A DNA stretch of 63,973 nucleotides, counting the filler, from Stramenopiles sp. TOSAG23-6 (lineage: Eukaryota): NCBI GenBank assembly GCA_900128565.1. It is 3 parts of 3 records of this genome, joined end to end, with 100 filler letters (N's around TTAATTAATTAA, not from the genome) between each part and the next. Parts side by side here need not be neighbours in the genome. Positions count along the whole stretch, not along the records: positions 45,983 to 63,973 come from LT636069.1; 2 more parts are not named here. One strand, 5' to 3'. The notes below the pieces were generated by a model. It searched no databases, was not told the origin of the DNA, and was given only the letters and a program-made list of their open reading frames with translations. Below, one piece after another: positions 53,801-63,917 of this stretch. Both the position numbers and the translations under genes were made by a program. How positions within the stretch are numbered: the first letter of the stretch is position 1; each line of letters begins with the position of its first letter.

Positions 53801-56800
53801 TGCTCTTGATGCTGCCGAGATTCTAGCAGTTGGAGAATCATCTTCCAATGCATTCGAAATTTCCACAGAGCTTATTTCTCAACTTTTGTGGGAATTTCTA
53901 TCAACTAAAGAATTTAGAAAATCACAGGGTATTGTAATTGATGGTTTATTATTCACCCTTTCATCTAGCCAGGAAGGATCAGAATACCCCAACTTACGCA
54001 CTGCAGCTGGGATTCCAGTGGAGGAAGATTTACCCCTTGCATCAAAAGTGTCATTAGCATCATCATTGGTCACATTATTTGGTCCGTCTGAATACGGGGG
54101 ACTTTCTACAGTAGCTTGCCAGGCAACCAATGAGGTTCTCGAAGCCCGCTTAGAAGAAATTCTTTTAAAGATTAGTGGAACATCTGTTGATAACAATATA
54201 GAACCAACAGAGGATGGAGCAAATGTAGAAATAAATGCAGAGGTAAAGGTAGAACATAGTGATGTTAGTCCTAACGAGCCTTCGCCAGAACAAATCGCAT
54301 TAAAAGCTAGAGTCGACCGTGTTAAAACATCAGGTGCTCTTGCGTTGTACGAAAAAGATAGAACAACAATTGAGTCTCTTTTAGGTAGTTCCAAGGAAAA
54401 TGTAGCAGACGGTGGGACTGAAAGTAATGCCAATAGCAACTCAAATACATCTAATACCTTAAATTTTATACACATTGACATTAATCAATCGCAAGAGGAA
54501 TGCGCGACAAATACAAGCGAGCAGCTTGGTTTAAAAGACGCACCAGAGGATGATGGGTTTGATCCTGTTCCATTTCCACGTGACTTACAAATTATTCAAA
54601 AACCATCTGGGCGATTGAAAAGACCTCATGTGAAGAACTTTTGTGTAATGCCTTTTCCTGAAGGAGACCTTGGTGATATTGTTGGAGAATATGGAACGAT
54701 TGGATCATCCTGGAAGATAAATGGGGATGGTAATTGTCAAGGTCCAGGTGGAGAATTTAAATTTGAACGGAAAAGCAAAACACTTCTTGAAGATTCTGCT
54801 AAAGGAAAAAAAATAGAGATACAATGGGGAACACTTCAGGCGACGGCTATTGTAGATACTTCAGACGACAAAATATATCCATTGATCATTGAAAACGACA
54901 ATTCAAAAACGCAGACAACAGATAATACGGAAAATGGAGATACACCAAAGGATGCTGAAGCTGATGACGAAAATGAAAATGAAACAGACGAAAAGTCTAC
55001 TGAACTGCTCATAAAAAATAATAATCCTACACGGTGGGTGATTCCACCAAATTCTGAGTTAAAGCTGCAAATCCGATTTGGCGCAGGCCGAACAGGAAAG
55101 TATGATACGACCCTGGGATTTGAAATTGTTGGTGGTCAAAAACAATATAATTTACCAGTGCGCGGAACTTGTCAAATTCCAAGCATCAATTCTGATCCTC
55201 GTAATGTTTTTATGAATAGAATAAAGTCGGCCCCCCCTGAAAGAGTATCTCGCAAATTTGTGATTTCGAGAAATTGTTATGAATTTGGACCTTTGCTTGC
55301 AGGAAAGGATATCGAGGCTTGTATTGTGAAAGGTGCAGCTGAGTCGGGAAGCGGGAAACGTCCTGGTCGTAATGCTGAGTTCTTTCGAGTATCTAATAAT
55401 TCAATGTTTTCGGCAAAAGTAGTTTTTGCTTTTTCCGGAACGACTTCACACCACCACCACCACGGTAAAGAACACCATCATCACAAAGATCAGCATCATG
55501 AAAATAAAGAGAATGGCGAAGAAGAAGATGTGTCATGTCCTTTTGTCGTTGATCCCAAAGAACTTGAGCTTCCTGTTGGGGAGACAAAAGATATTGTAGT
55601 TTGGGCGTTTCCTCAGAAATGTCATACTTATAAGGATACACTAATATGTTGCGTTGATGATAATCATACTCCTGTCACATTCGATGTGTCATGTATTGGT
55701 ACTAGTCCAGATATAGCTCTAGATGGAGATTGGTGGAAACCGACAAAACAAAAAGAGGAAATAGAAACAGGCTCGGCTGAAGGTGAATTAGCTGAGGGTG
55801 AAGAACCCAATAAAGTTGAAGTTGAAGTTGAAACTGAAGACCCAGCAGTAAAAGCAGCACGAGAAGCTAGGGAAGAGGCTTTGTTGAAAGGTCCCCCATT
55901 GTTAGACTTTGATAGACTTCTTTTAGATCGGCGAGAATTTAGAAAATTCGTGGTAAAAAATGTTTGTACTATTTCAGTAGCTTGGAAATTAGATTTGCGT
56001 GCATTCGAGGAACACCCTGAATTCGAAATAACACCAACGTCGGGGATTTTGCGCCCACGAGATTCGACGATTGTTTCCGTCAGTTTTTCTGCAATAGAAG
56101 AAAAGTTTATCGATGACCCACTTAACATTAAAGTGATTTATTCTGATAATGAAGGTGGACTTAATATCGAAAATGAGGAAAATTCTGAAAATACCCGTGT
56201 GAAGGAAACTGATGTTGCAGTTCGCGCTGAAGCTTATAAAATTTCTACTAACTTCAAACTTGAAGATGAAGAAGGAAATGCATTGCAAACGCTGGATTTC
56301 GGTGCCAATTGTGTTGGGGTGCCAAAGCAAAAGTCATTCAAATTAGGAAATGATGGTAAGTATGATGTGAAATTTCAATTTAAGTTTAGAAGAAATTCTA
56401 CAAAGTCTGTATTTTCTATTGATCCAATGAGTATTGTTGTAAAACCTGGTACAGATGAAGATATTAATGTCACGTTCCTTTCAAAAAGAGAAGTCCGATT
56501 CTTTGATTGTAAAGATATTTTATGCAAAGTCATTGAAGTGAAAACAGAGGAAATTGTTGAGGACTTTGATATTGCTGTGAGTGCTCAGTCTGTGTTTTCG
56601 AAATTCCGCCTCCAACCTATGCGTGGTATTAACTTTGGTGCTCTAAAATTTGGAAATTCTAGTTCAAGGAAGTTTGAATTGCGAAATGACGGCGTCTTTC
56701 CGTTTCGTTACAAAGTAATTCAATGGGAAAATAAAGTCCCGGAAGTGAATGAAAATTTCCCAAATGAAAACAAAAAAGATGAAAATGGCGAGCCTATACC

Positions 56801-59800
56801 AATAGCAGTAGACGGCGAAAATGTCCTAAAATGTGGACAATTTACCATTGAACCAGCTTGTGGTACAATCATGCCTAACGGTATCGTTTTGTTTGAGGCT
56901 TCATTTACTGCTGAAGGTTCTCAAGTATTTAATGAGGAATTTCTCATAGATACTTCAAATCGTGATCCATCTGTTGGAATCGAAGCACTGCGGTATAATA
57001 TGTCGGGTGAAAGTTGTGTTCCTGCTCTTGAAAACAAAAACTTCGAGTCAATATTTGAGGAACAAGAAGTCATGCGAAGTATTGGACCTAACGATACTTT
57101 ACGCCGTGCATTTGCTGAAGAAGATAACACATTTACATTTGGGGCTATTGTGCCACAAATGAATCCAGAAGGTGCAAAAGAAAGATTTAAAATCACAAAC
57201 CCAAGTAAGGTTCGTGCCATTATTAGGTTCAGTACAACCTCCACAGATGATAAAGAAGACAATATATTCAGTGTTCAACCAGAGATGGAAGAAATACCAC
57301 CTCATGAACATCGATACATCACAGTTTATTTTAAACCAAAAAAGATCCAGCATTATTCTGCAACTTTCAAAGCACTTGTTGATGATAGTGAATACAATGC
57401 GGAGAATGGGTTGCTCGAAGTGCAACTAACAGGCCAAGGTACCATGCCATGCATCACTATAATGGATCCAATGACACGGTCGGCTAACGGTAGAGTATTA
57501 CTTGACTTTAACAAATTACAAATAGGTAAATCACGAACTAGATCAATCACCGTGAGAAATGACGGTATCGTCCCATGCACTGTTCGACTTTCTGTTTCCG
57601 GAAAATCAAAACAAATGTTTGCATTGAAAAATTCAATATCTTCGACGTTGACGTTAGGAACCAAGGCGGAAGAAAAGGTTGACTTGGTATTCGCACCAAC
57701 TGCTAACCAAGACACACCATTTGCTGCATCTCTCAACGTTGATGTAATGTCGAATAAATTTGACAGCGAAGTTGTTGATCTTTTAGGAAGTAGTTTTGCT
57801 GAAGATATTTCATTTAGAAATTTGCCCGAGAAGAAAGAAGATGAACTTATTTTTGGTGAACAGGATATGGATCTCGAAACTGAAGGAATTCAACAAAGCT
57901 TTACTATTGTCAATCATCAGAGTAAACCTGTTAAATTTGAATGGGCTAATCACCGAGATTTTTCTTTCTTACCTATTTCGGGTCATCTATCCGCACATGG
58001 GTCAAAAGAAATCATAGGAACATTTTCATGCCAAGCCGAGGAGAATAAAGTTATGTATGAGAAGGAGGACATTGCTCTGACTATTAATTCTATACAATAT
58101 AATGGGAGTACTGTTCCAGAAACTGTTTGGGACTCATCACAGATAGCTGTAACATTTGATGAGGAGGGTAAAGAAGTTACAAATGCCATTGCTGAACCAG
58201 AGCACGAAATCATTGGAGAAGCAAAAGTTGTAATGCTTGCATGTACTGCCCGAGCAGATAAAGTCGGTTATGAATGTGATTGCCCAAAATCTATTTCTTT
58301 TAGAGATACGTTGATGTTTCAAAAGCGCAACTACAAATTTGTCTTGAAAAATCCAACTCAAACAGTTCTTAAATTTGATTGGCAGCTGGATGATGAAAGT
58401 GAGGGTATGGCAGGGCGCCCGCTAGCTAATGTTACTGGTGGTATTACCGCTCCCAACCCCTTTGAATTTGAACCATCGAATGGTTCTATAATGCCGGGTG
58501 ATTCACAAACAATTTGTTTATCATTTAAGCCCATTGAAGCTGATGTATTTAGATATAACTGTCTTTGCGCAATGGAAGGTCTCAGTAAGGATTATAAACC
58601 TTTAAATATTACTGTGATTGGAAGAGCACAACGACCTGTTTGTCATTTTGAGATATCTCAAAGTCATTATCTTGCAGTACGAGGGGCAGACCTGCCTGGA
58701 CCTGATGGTGTACGGGGTAAACCTCTCGACCCATCAGTAAAAATTGTTGAGATTGATAGCTTAGGCACAAATGTACGTAATACTAAACGTTTTTATGTTA
58801 CAAATCCAATGGATTCTAATTATGAATTCTCATGGGAGCCAGTTGGAGGTGCGACATCAATGTTTAGATGTATTGCAGCACAAGGTCTTGTCTTATCAGG
58901 AAAGCGGTTTGAGATGGCGTTTGAATATACACCAATTAATGTTGGAACACACGAAAGTTTCTGGAGGTTTTCAATTCCACAGCGCAACGTTTCAACCATA
59001 TTTTTATTAGTTGGTAAAGTCGGAGAGCCACGTGTTCGATTTGATATGCCGAGTATCAACTTTAAGCATGTCTTACTGCGTTCAAGATCTACCGAGACAT
59101 TGAATATTATTAATGATGAACACATCCCTTTTGCATACAGTTTTGATTTATCTCAGTTTGAAGGGCGAGATGAAAAACCTGCTATTCGAATTCAGCCTGC
59201 TCGTGGGGTTGTTCCTCCTAATGGTAAAACCCCAATACAGATAATGTTTGTTCCAACAAATGAAAAACATTCTAACTTCAATCTTTCATGCTCGATCAAG
59301 AATAAACCTACTCAGCTCAGTGTCAATGTAAAAGGACAGGGATATGCTGTACACGACAGAGCAACGTTGATAACATCACAAAATCAATCAGGAAATGAAT
59401 TATCTCGCAGAGGTATCAATTATGTTGATTTTGGTGATGTAACTATGAATGCGATACAAACTAAAGATATTGTTCTCACAAACACAGGAGAGTTCAACTT
59501 TGAATTCTCCTGGAGTCGATTAAAGCACCCAATGTTGACAATCGAACCTGCATTTGGTACAGTTCGCAAAGGAGCAAGGGTCCCATGTAAGCTAACATTT
59601 AATCCAAAGACTGAGTGTTCACTGAAGCACATCAAATTGACATGTACAGTGGCAGGATCAAGTTCTTATGTCCTTCAAATTGATGGGAGAGGAACAAAAG
59701 CCGCTGTACACTTTTCTCAGACGGAGTTTGACTTTGGACCAATATTCGTCGCCCCACCTGGGTCGGGAGCTGTAATACAAACACGAACAGAAACACTTCG

Positions 59801-62216
59801 CATTGTCAATAATGAAATGGACTCCGATATGACGATAGATTGTCTTTATGAGAAAAAACCTCATCTTGATGTTCAATGTGATACACAAGTCTTGTCACCA
59901 CATCAAAGTATGGAAGTCCCAATTATATTTACACCAAAAGAATGCAAATCATATACTGAGGCTGTCGTATTTGAGATCAACTCATTATATACAGTGAACT
60001 GCATCGTTCGTGCAGAGGGGACTTCTATGAGACTAGAACTGGCTGACCCATCAATGAGGCACATTGCATTTGGATCTCCAACACCTGGGAATGATGTGGA
60101 ACGACAAATTAGAATTGTCAATCGTTCCAAAGTAGCTACAAAGTTTGAATTACTTGAACCCAACGGAAAAGATGGTGTAGGTTTACTCACCTCGAAGAAT
60201 ATATCATTTTATCCATTTGGTACTCAAACACTGAAGCCTCGAGAGAGTTGTGCCGTTGAGCTACGGTTTTCGCCAATTGGAAGTATGCCACCATTTAATG
60301 AAGTACTCCAAATGCGACAAGAAGATGGACGCACCCTTACTTTATGCACTGTCGCAGGCGCTTGCCTTGGTGTGGATGCACGGTTAGACACAGAATGTCT
60401 CCCATTTGGCGCAGTTTGCTCTCAAAGTTTTATTAAGCGTAAAGTTGTACTACAAAACAGTGGTGACGTTGGGACAAAATACAGATGGAATTCCTTATTT
60501 AAGCCACACTTTAGCATAGAACCCAAAGAAGGTTACCTCGACTCACATTCACAAGTTATATTTGAAATTACGTTTCATCCACAGAAAGTATCAGACGACA
60601 TTCGCAACGAAAGTCCCCAAATAATGTTGGAGGGTTCACAGCCCATTGGATTGACTCTTACCGGTTCATGTGTGCCTCAGCCCGAGCAAGAAGAATTAAA
60701 TTTTGAAAGCCGTGTACGAGAGACACAAGTTAAAACTGTAACTATATCAAATCCAACAAAAATGGAATGGAATTTATGTGCGGCATTTGAAAATGAATAT
60801 TGGAGTGGTCTTGATGTATTAACTATTCCCGCTGGATCCGAGGGTCAATATGAAGTTAAATATACACCATTGACGATGACACCAAACGTCAAGGATGAAG
60901 ACGGTAATGAGGTAGCTGGTGCAGTTGATGATGATGCAAAACATAATGGTTTATTATTTTTTGCATTGCCAAATGGAAAGACTGCCTCGTGGAAGCTAAT
61001 TGGGGTTTCAACAAAACCGGTGGTTGATGAGTTGCCCGAAGGAACAAGACTCAGTACACCTTGCAAAGAAACACTTATTATAGCGCTTCCAGTGAGAAAT
61101 TGGCTCAAAGAGGCCCAGAAATTTACAGTAGAGATAAAGGTAGCAGATGAAGATGAAAAAGAAGCTACATTTCTTCGTGGGGCGCAAACTGTAGTGTTGC
61201 CAGCAATGGCAAAGCGTCAGTATAAATTAAGTTATACTCCATGGACGGTAAGCGATACTCGGACAACTGTTACATTTAGGAATGAGAAAACTGGAGAATA
61301 TTTCTTTTATGAATTTACATTAAGATCACTTTCCTCAGAAGAGGCAAATTTCATACTTCGTCTAGGATCAATATGCCGTGTTCCAACAACACAGCTAATC
61401 ACAGTAGAAAACCCATTACCACCAACAACAGTTGTAAATCTTCCTGAAGATTTTTGGACATGTGATGATTCAAATGTGCGCGTGAAGGCAGTGGGAGAAT
61501 TATCTGGCCGACCCGAAGGCACATTCGAAGTTGAGTATAGGCCTTTAGTTGTAGGGGTAAAACAAGCTACGCTCATGCTGAATCTAGGATCTGTATTAGG
61601 CAGCTTCAAATATGATCTTGAGTTGATTGCAACCGAAGGAGCTGCTGAATCAAGCCTACACTTCAATGTCCCACTTGGTGAATCATCAAAGAAAATCTTT
61701 CGATTCAAATCATTTTGTCCCGAGGCAGCAAGGTACTCATGTAGCGTAACTGACCCACTATTCTTTGAAGTAGTTGATGGAGTGGATGTTGCTGCGGCTA
61801 CTAGTTGGAATGGAATAGAAGGAACCGTGGAAGTTAACTTTGAACCTGAACGGCTTGGAAGCATTCAAGATAAATTGATCGTTAAGTCTCCCACAGGGGG
61901 AGAGTTTATGTGTCTCCTTAATGGTGAGTGCACGCCTCCTTTACCTCGTGGACCGGTTGACATGAAACCAGGAGGAAGTGATTCTGTTGTCTTCAAAAAT
62001 GTTTTTAATGAAGAGCATACGTTTACATTCTCAGTTGACAATGATGCATTTTCTGTGGACGTCAGCGAACAAAAAATACCTAGACATACTGAAGCAACAG
62101 TGAAAGTTTCTCAGGCAGTAGGTACCCCTGCAGATGCATGTGGGAAACTATTAATTACATGTTCTGAGATCGCTGGATTGCCTCCTTGGGTTGTATATAT
62201 TGGAGGAAAAAATTAA
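47850..62216 (+). CDS. HYDIN: HYDIN, axonemal central-pair protein (4788 aa), intronless
   Basis: LFRPEPSQIVF..YEP, CVTEREKFIVPI, GHVVGPTFHFD, many ASH/Ig-like modules (F.I.P..G.I.P), PVEFYSLDFD.QY..EE, central P-loop GAPCSGKT, RPVCHFE; size typical of HYDIN. Confidence 0.95.
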   Translation: MSFSHRPSHRSNQVSDRKLRTSGLKEMMEGLRPTNHVPEIVEFLHIGDYSDSKKSSVLINKPLFRPEPSQIVFEQYEPFQTYQSILYMRNNDNVPRRIKISFPDSPFFQVSAPRPAQKGQKLDKGGKVAAGMELCFTITFKPQSKVAYTYDLICVTEREKFIVPIICVGTRPCLDFPDEFRFDIGPVKFAQTKSFVARNVGQLADRFKLQTSPPFSVHCDSTHVNVGESVQVSVTFTPPDASDYEEELMITYESNPDVKIYMKLVGGANSVDVSVDKNVVDLGSQYISLQAHSTLRIQNRTDVPVKFEWKSFGNHRDEVEERRRLEAEISAMEDIEYQALNNRVFDADDDSDALSDDEGVPIAKRREISALTRKYKNLRKQLADDPLLFANDNFSIEPMTSEIWANSDLEVTINFLPSNAASYQTVAFLDITGRDNRLPVKLCGVGIGPKAAFSFDVLDVGDIFLGSVHNYQLELINRGDIAASWSLQVPDSPFDQNFSFEPKRGELATGETAEINVTFSSNILGEFSEHYIFALQGSQQTLSVHFKGHVVGPTFHFDTDSIKFGRISYEFLNSKVLSLFNTSEIPMTFNLRVPQDGKNLDKEFDILPSSGTIQPGDRKKIQIDFISNTVKVYNYFLTVDVEGVGDALLSLPITASCGVPNVILEKEEIPYGTSYLRYKYEKSITLTNKSKDLRARYEVLPQDKHSVAIAKYFAMHNKGVIEAGETLEVPLYLVCQKLGKIKMPIYIRISGSENPPLVPMVFALGVGPIITSNISEMKWGNVPCLKDAEKTLVLRNTCPIVAPFQAYIENARSKFRVNVGKGQLQPGQNVKLTVTALLDDIVNTSDELIIAVSEGDALTIPLLARGVGTTMHCDEALEVVDFSHQFTNNECKRRFLLENKGRRPQMLTWVNLTHKERIVEMRRIQAENKRSDGKGKKKSKTNKKQIDINSIVPCFTISPDQIELKPRTACYFTFIGKSLEAGPVEEMLRLESKVGKDQTIHKVFNTCFKANFIDPLLEMVENLDFSYTFSPSVPLSTQSKAITLKNVSSLELKFVLRTQPPFKVDVYEVELEPGSSTTVNVEFNPGYKSDRLSRKVEGKITVVYRDHPQKDSIAVNGEINFPNLDFDFSQINFGCILNDTTKSMTMTISNNSKIDTTYSWAFFENESDCRAVSTSRKPYIPINQVFDILPIRSFLKPGQSEKIEFVMYGHTNRSFKGKCVCEVEGGPDYDMDLIGEASSVSYKVDKLELDFGDLLHNRAEELEFNISNTGKVPFSFRVSTDLISRPGIVEVIPTSGRIFGKDKAKVVVRFCPVLPETIDEKLVLEVAHFEPVEIPVRGIGVYSSVSLSLPQTITEEWTDLMESAREYLLAAEESLSENSENLSETKRYKNENVDTKVPIVSTKPEEESTDQKNGDGPTDETTKPEDTVVAETSEATEIDTKNKTETDEIQLDTKETEIVESNEGGVKKDNKGNTTDNLDTDVAKSDDAKTDNEKTEKSNENAEKNADADAIPVDTPMPLSEKKMQKNEKIKPPQALMLVDVEREARRIQYLQHLQDQLEKNFSSIMTKQQNESVANQLFEDKKDDDDDQLSVVVPPTPPSVAPASVLGMGLIASNVEPYVIAEHYADFGNVITGSSRKKTFRITNRGKVPVSFCINNRKGSCGFTVEPEKVNRLPEGMSVDFTIKFKARKKLGPVEIEVPIEVKGGPSVMLSLRAIVTIPDLVIRPNVIDFRKVLVGHCKEIYVTLFNPAPVPTEWVLKIPTSGPMTKASSRFKLIPASGTLAPGQKEQVMIVFTPSSEQTYLYKMSFQLNSNKKRKTLTCKGIGKEFKFKFFPRMLKMEPMKPFEPPRDTIVTARNDCDYPVEFYSLDFDTQYKDEENMLISKGEFDEHGTLFIEPRQPGKQLELENVINIYDDADDTESKLPSKPFDRSSAANILIVGAPCSGKTSLAKHLSEKHGLTYMSLSNLLETARNTQTSSWQFIKAALDAAEILAVGESSSNAFEISTELISQLLWEFLSTKEFRKSQGIVIDGLLFTLSSSQEGSEYPNLRTAAGIPVEEDLPLASKVSLASSLVTLFGPSEYGGLSTVACQATNEVLEARLEEILLKISGTSVDNNIEPTEDGANVEINAEVKVEHSDVSPNEPSPEQIALKARVDRVKTSGALALYEKDRTTIESLLGSSKENVADGGTESNANSNSNTSNTLNFIHIDINQSQEECATNTSEQLGLKDAPEDDGFDPVPFPRDLQIIQKPSGRLKRPHVKNFCVMPFPEGDLGDIVGEYGTIGSSWKINGDGNCQGPGGEFKFERKSKTLLEDSAKGKKIEIQWGTLQATAIVDTSDDKIYPLIIENDNSKTQTTDNTENGDTPKDAEADDENENETDEKSTELLIKNNNPTRWVIPPNSELKLQIRFGAGRTGKYDTTLGFEIVGGQKQYNLPVRGTCQIPSINSDPRNVFMNRIKSAPPERVSRKFVISRNCYEFGPLLAGKDIEACIVKGAAESGSGKRPGRNAEFFRVSNNSMFSAKVVFAFSGTTSHHHHHGKEHHHHKDQHHENKENGEEEDVSCPFVVDPKELELPVGETKDIVVWAFPQKCHTYKDTLICCVDDNHTPVTFDVSCIGTSPDIALDGDWWKPTKQKEEIETGSAEGELAEGEEPNKVEVEVETEDPAVKAAREAREEALLKGPPLLDFDRLLLDRREFRKFVVKNVCTISVAWKLDLRAFEEHPEFEITPTSGILRPRDSTIVSVSFSAIEEKFIDDPLNIKVIYSDNEGGLNIENEENSENTRVKETDVAVRAEAYKISTNFKLEDEEGNALQTLDFGANCVGVPKQKSFKLGNDGKYDVKFQFKFRRNSTKSVFSIDPMSIVVKPGTDEDINVTFLSKREVRFFDCKDILCKVIEVKTEEIVEDFDIAVSAQSVFSKFRLQPMRGINFGALKFGNSSSRKFELRNDGVFPFRYKVIQWENKVPEVNENFPNENKKDENGEPIPIAVDGENVLKCGQFTIEPACGTIMPNGIVLFEASFTAEGSQVFNEEFLIDTSNRDPSVGIEALRYNMSGESCVPALENKNFESIFEEQEVMRSIGPNDTLRRAFAEEDNTFTFGAIVPQMNPEGAKERFKITNPSKVRAIIRFSTTSTDDKEDNIFSVQPEMEEIPPHEHRYITVYFKPKKIQHYSATFKALVDDSEYNAENGLLEVQLTGQGTMPCITIMDPMTRSANGRVLLDFNKLQIGKSRTRSITVRNDGIVPCTVRLSVSGKSKQMFALKNSISSTLTLGTKAEEKVDLVFAPTANQDTPFAASLNVDVMSNKFDSEVVDLLGSSFAEDISFRNLPEKKEDELIFGEQDMDLETEGIQQSFTIVNHQSKPVKFEWANHRDFSFLPISGHLSAHGSKEIIGTFSCQAEENKVMYEKEDIALTINSIQYNGSTVPETVWDSSQIAVTFDEEGKEVTNAIAEPEHEIIGEAKVVMLACTARADKVGYECDCPKSISFRDTLMFQKRNYKFVLKNPTQTVLKFDWQLDDESEGMAGRPLANVTGGITAPNPFEFEPSNGSIMPGDSQTICLSFKPIEADVFRYNCLCAMEGLSKDYKPLNITVIGRAQRPVCHFEISQSHYLAVRGADLPGPDGVRGKPLDPSVKIVEIDSLGTNVRNTKRFYVTNPMDSNYEFSWEPVGGATSMFRCIAAQGLVLSGKRFEMAFEYTPINVGTHESFWRFSIPQRNVSTIFLLVGKVGEPRVRFDMPSINFKHVLLRSRSTETLNIINDEHIPFAYSFDLSQFEGRDEKPAIRIQPARGVVPPNGKTPIQIMFVPTNEKHSNFNLSCSIKNKPTQLSVNVKGQGYAVHDRATLITSQNQSGNELSRRGINYVDFGDVTMNAIQTKDIVLTNTGEFNFEFSWSRLKHPMLTIEPAFGTVRKGARVPCKLTFNPKTECSLKHIKLTCTVAGSSSYVLQIDGRGTKAAVHFSQTEFDFGPIFVAPPGSGAVIQTRTETLRIVNNEMDSDMTIDCLYEKKPHLDVQCDTQVLSPHQSMEVPIIFTPKECKSYTEAVVFEINSLYTVNCIVRAEGTSMRLELADPSMRHIAFGSPTPGNDVERQIRIVNRSKVATKFELLEPNGKDGVGLLTSKNISFYPFGTQTLKPRESCAVELRFSPIGSMPPFNEVLQMRQEDGRTLTLCTVAGACLGVDARLDTECLPFGAVCSQSFIKRKVVLQNSGDVGTKYRWNSLFKPHFSIEPKEGYLDSHSQVIFEITFHPQKVSDDIRNESPQIMLEGSQPIGLTLTGSCVPQPEQEELNFESRVRETQVKTVTISNPTKMEWNLCAAFENEYWSGLDVLTIPAGSEGQYEVKYTPLTMTPNVKDEDGNEVAGAVDDDAKHNGLLFFALPNGKTASWKLIGVSTKPVVDELPEGTRLSTPCKETLIIALPVRNWLKEAQKFTVEIKVADEDEKEATFLRGAQTVVLPAMAKRQYKLSYTPWTVSDTRTTVTFRNEKTGEYFFYEFTLRSLSSEEANFILRLGSICRVPTTQLITVENPLPPTTVVNLPEDFWTCDDSNVRVKAVGELSGRPEGTFEVEYRPLVVGVKQATLMLNLGSVLGSFKYDLELIATEGAAESSLHFNVPLGESSKKIFRFKSFCPEAARYSCSVTDPLFFEVVDGVDVAAATSWNGIEGTVEVNFEPERLGSIQDKLIVKSPTGGEFMCLLNGECTPPLPRGPVDMKPGGSDSVVFKNVFNEEHTFTFSVDNDAFSVDVSEQKIPRHTEATVKVSQAVGTPADACGKLLITCSEIAGLPPWVVYIGGKN

Positions 62217-62253
62217 TTGTATATATTAGAATAAAATTTATTGAATGATATAT

Positions 62254-63917
62254 TCATCCGAACTCTCGAATTAAAAATTCCTCATAAAATTGTCGAACGT
62301 CAGCAAGCATTTTACCAGCAGATTCTTCATTATAATTCGGTGCGAGTATATGTATTTTGGAAAAATATTAAAAAAAATATATCGTTAGGTACAAAATTTC
62401 GTACGAAAAAAAATTTCGAATTTGAAAAAAAGTAAAACATACATTCGGAATCCAATGTGCATTAGATACTTCAATTCGAAGAAAATACAAACCCGTAGGA
62501 TGAAGCAACTGTTTAAATGCTGAGTGCTCTATTTCATTTTTTACACACTCAACATCATCCCATTTATACGAGAGATCTACTTCAAGGTCTAAATATTGTC
62601 TAATCTCAATTTCAAATTTACGAGCCAATTGGAGAGTCATTTGTCTTTGAGAATTTATATCATCAGTGGAAGAGATTTCAAAATTCTGTGAGTTCTGCTT
62701 AATCGTTTCAACGGATTTTTCATTTTCAATAAAAGTCACACTATCAGTAGTTTGTTTTATTGTTTGTGTTTTCGCAGTTGTTGTACTTTTGTTCGAATAG
62801 AACGAAAATGAAAATCGAATATGAGCCAAAAATGGATATTTTTTTTTCGCCGCTGCGCTTCCAGAAGATGTGTTAGGATTGTTTGAAGACAAAGACACTA
62901 CACCTGATAGTGCTAATGGCGAATCTGCTTTTGAATACTCTGGAAATTGTAGTATATTTAATCCTTGAGCAGCAGCACATCTATATAATTTCTTCATATA
63001 ATCTGCAATTTGACCACAGGACGCGGCTAGCCACTGAACCTCTAAATGGAAGCATTTGTCATAAAAAAATTGGGAATCCATTTTTAGTAAAAGCCATTCA
63101 TACCTAAAATATGGCCCAGATGAATCATTCGCACCTTTTGTAGATTTATCACTATTTAAAGCATTAATCTTACTATTTGAACTTGAACTAGAAAACGATT
63201 TCGACCGCAAAGGAATTTTTAAAAGTCGCGATTGTTTGTCTCCTGTCCAAAGTTCAGTTGGCGAAGGGGTCCATCCCATAATAGTTTGATAAAACTGTGA
63301 AAATCTGTCATTTGCTTTCTTTACAAAATTCGCTAGTTGTACCGCCTCGTTTGCGATTTCATTTGCCTTATGAGCAGCTACTGCAGCATTCTGAGCAATT
63401 GTAATAGGAATGTCAAATATAGACGAAGAAGATTCAATATTTCGTTTTGAATCATCTATTTTTACTGTATTTGTAGTTTGATTTACATTGTTCTTTGTTC
63501 TATACCGGCTAACAGGAATTATAGCATGATGCTGTCTCATTGTGCGCTTCCTCTCTTGAATTGTAACATCCCAATTTTCCCATTGTCCTGAAACAATTTC
63601 ATCTATATAAGTCCAATTTGTGTCCTCTGCACTATCCTCCTTAAAATAAGTGTTATATGCAACATATGAATGTATTTTGGAAAAATATTTCAAAAAAAAA
63701 AAACTAAGATTTGTTAGGTACAAAATTTCGTATGAAAAAAAAAATTGAAAAAAAATAAAACATACATTTACACAAGGAGACCAAATATTATAGGAATAAG
63801 GGACAGACTCTATAAAATCTTCTTTCGTCTTTAGGGTATAAATAGCACCACGAAGTTTACTTGGAATTTCTGATGAATCATAAATTAATTGTTGAATCCG
63901 TTTCCCAGTGGAGACCC
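62254..63917 (-). CDS. DEPDC5: DEPDC5/Iml1 (GATOR1/SEACIT subunit) C-terminal part; exons 63917-63766, 63669-62443, 62349-62254; 5' part beyond window
   Basis: W.S.G.RIQ.L.YD, NWTYIDEIVSG, YEW......F....FHLEVQWLAAS..I......R.A...GL.I..FP, LLHPTGLYF..I....WIPN resemble the Iml1/DEPDC5 C-terminal domains. Confidence 0.75.
62350..62442 (-). other. Non-canonical intron copy 14 (GT..CAT, 93 nt, phase 0)
   Basis: CCG AAT|GTATGTTTT..TTTCGTACGAAATTTTGTACCTAAC..CCAAAATACAT|ATA CTC GCA. Confidence 0.85.
63670..63765 (-). other. Non-canonical intron copy 15 (GT..CAT, 96 nt, phase 0)
   Basis: GTA AAT|GTATGTTTT..TTTCATACGAAATTTTGTACCTAAC..CCAAAATACAT|TCA TAT; joins two open frames. Confidence 0.87.

Noticed and set aside
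48860-61864. Many antisense and alternate-frame ORFs within HYDIN, ABCA, ankyrin and other long genes
   Set aside because: Shadow ORFs expected from codon bias; no recognisable motifs.
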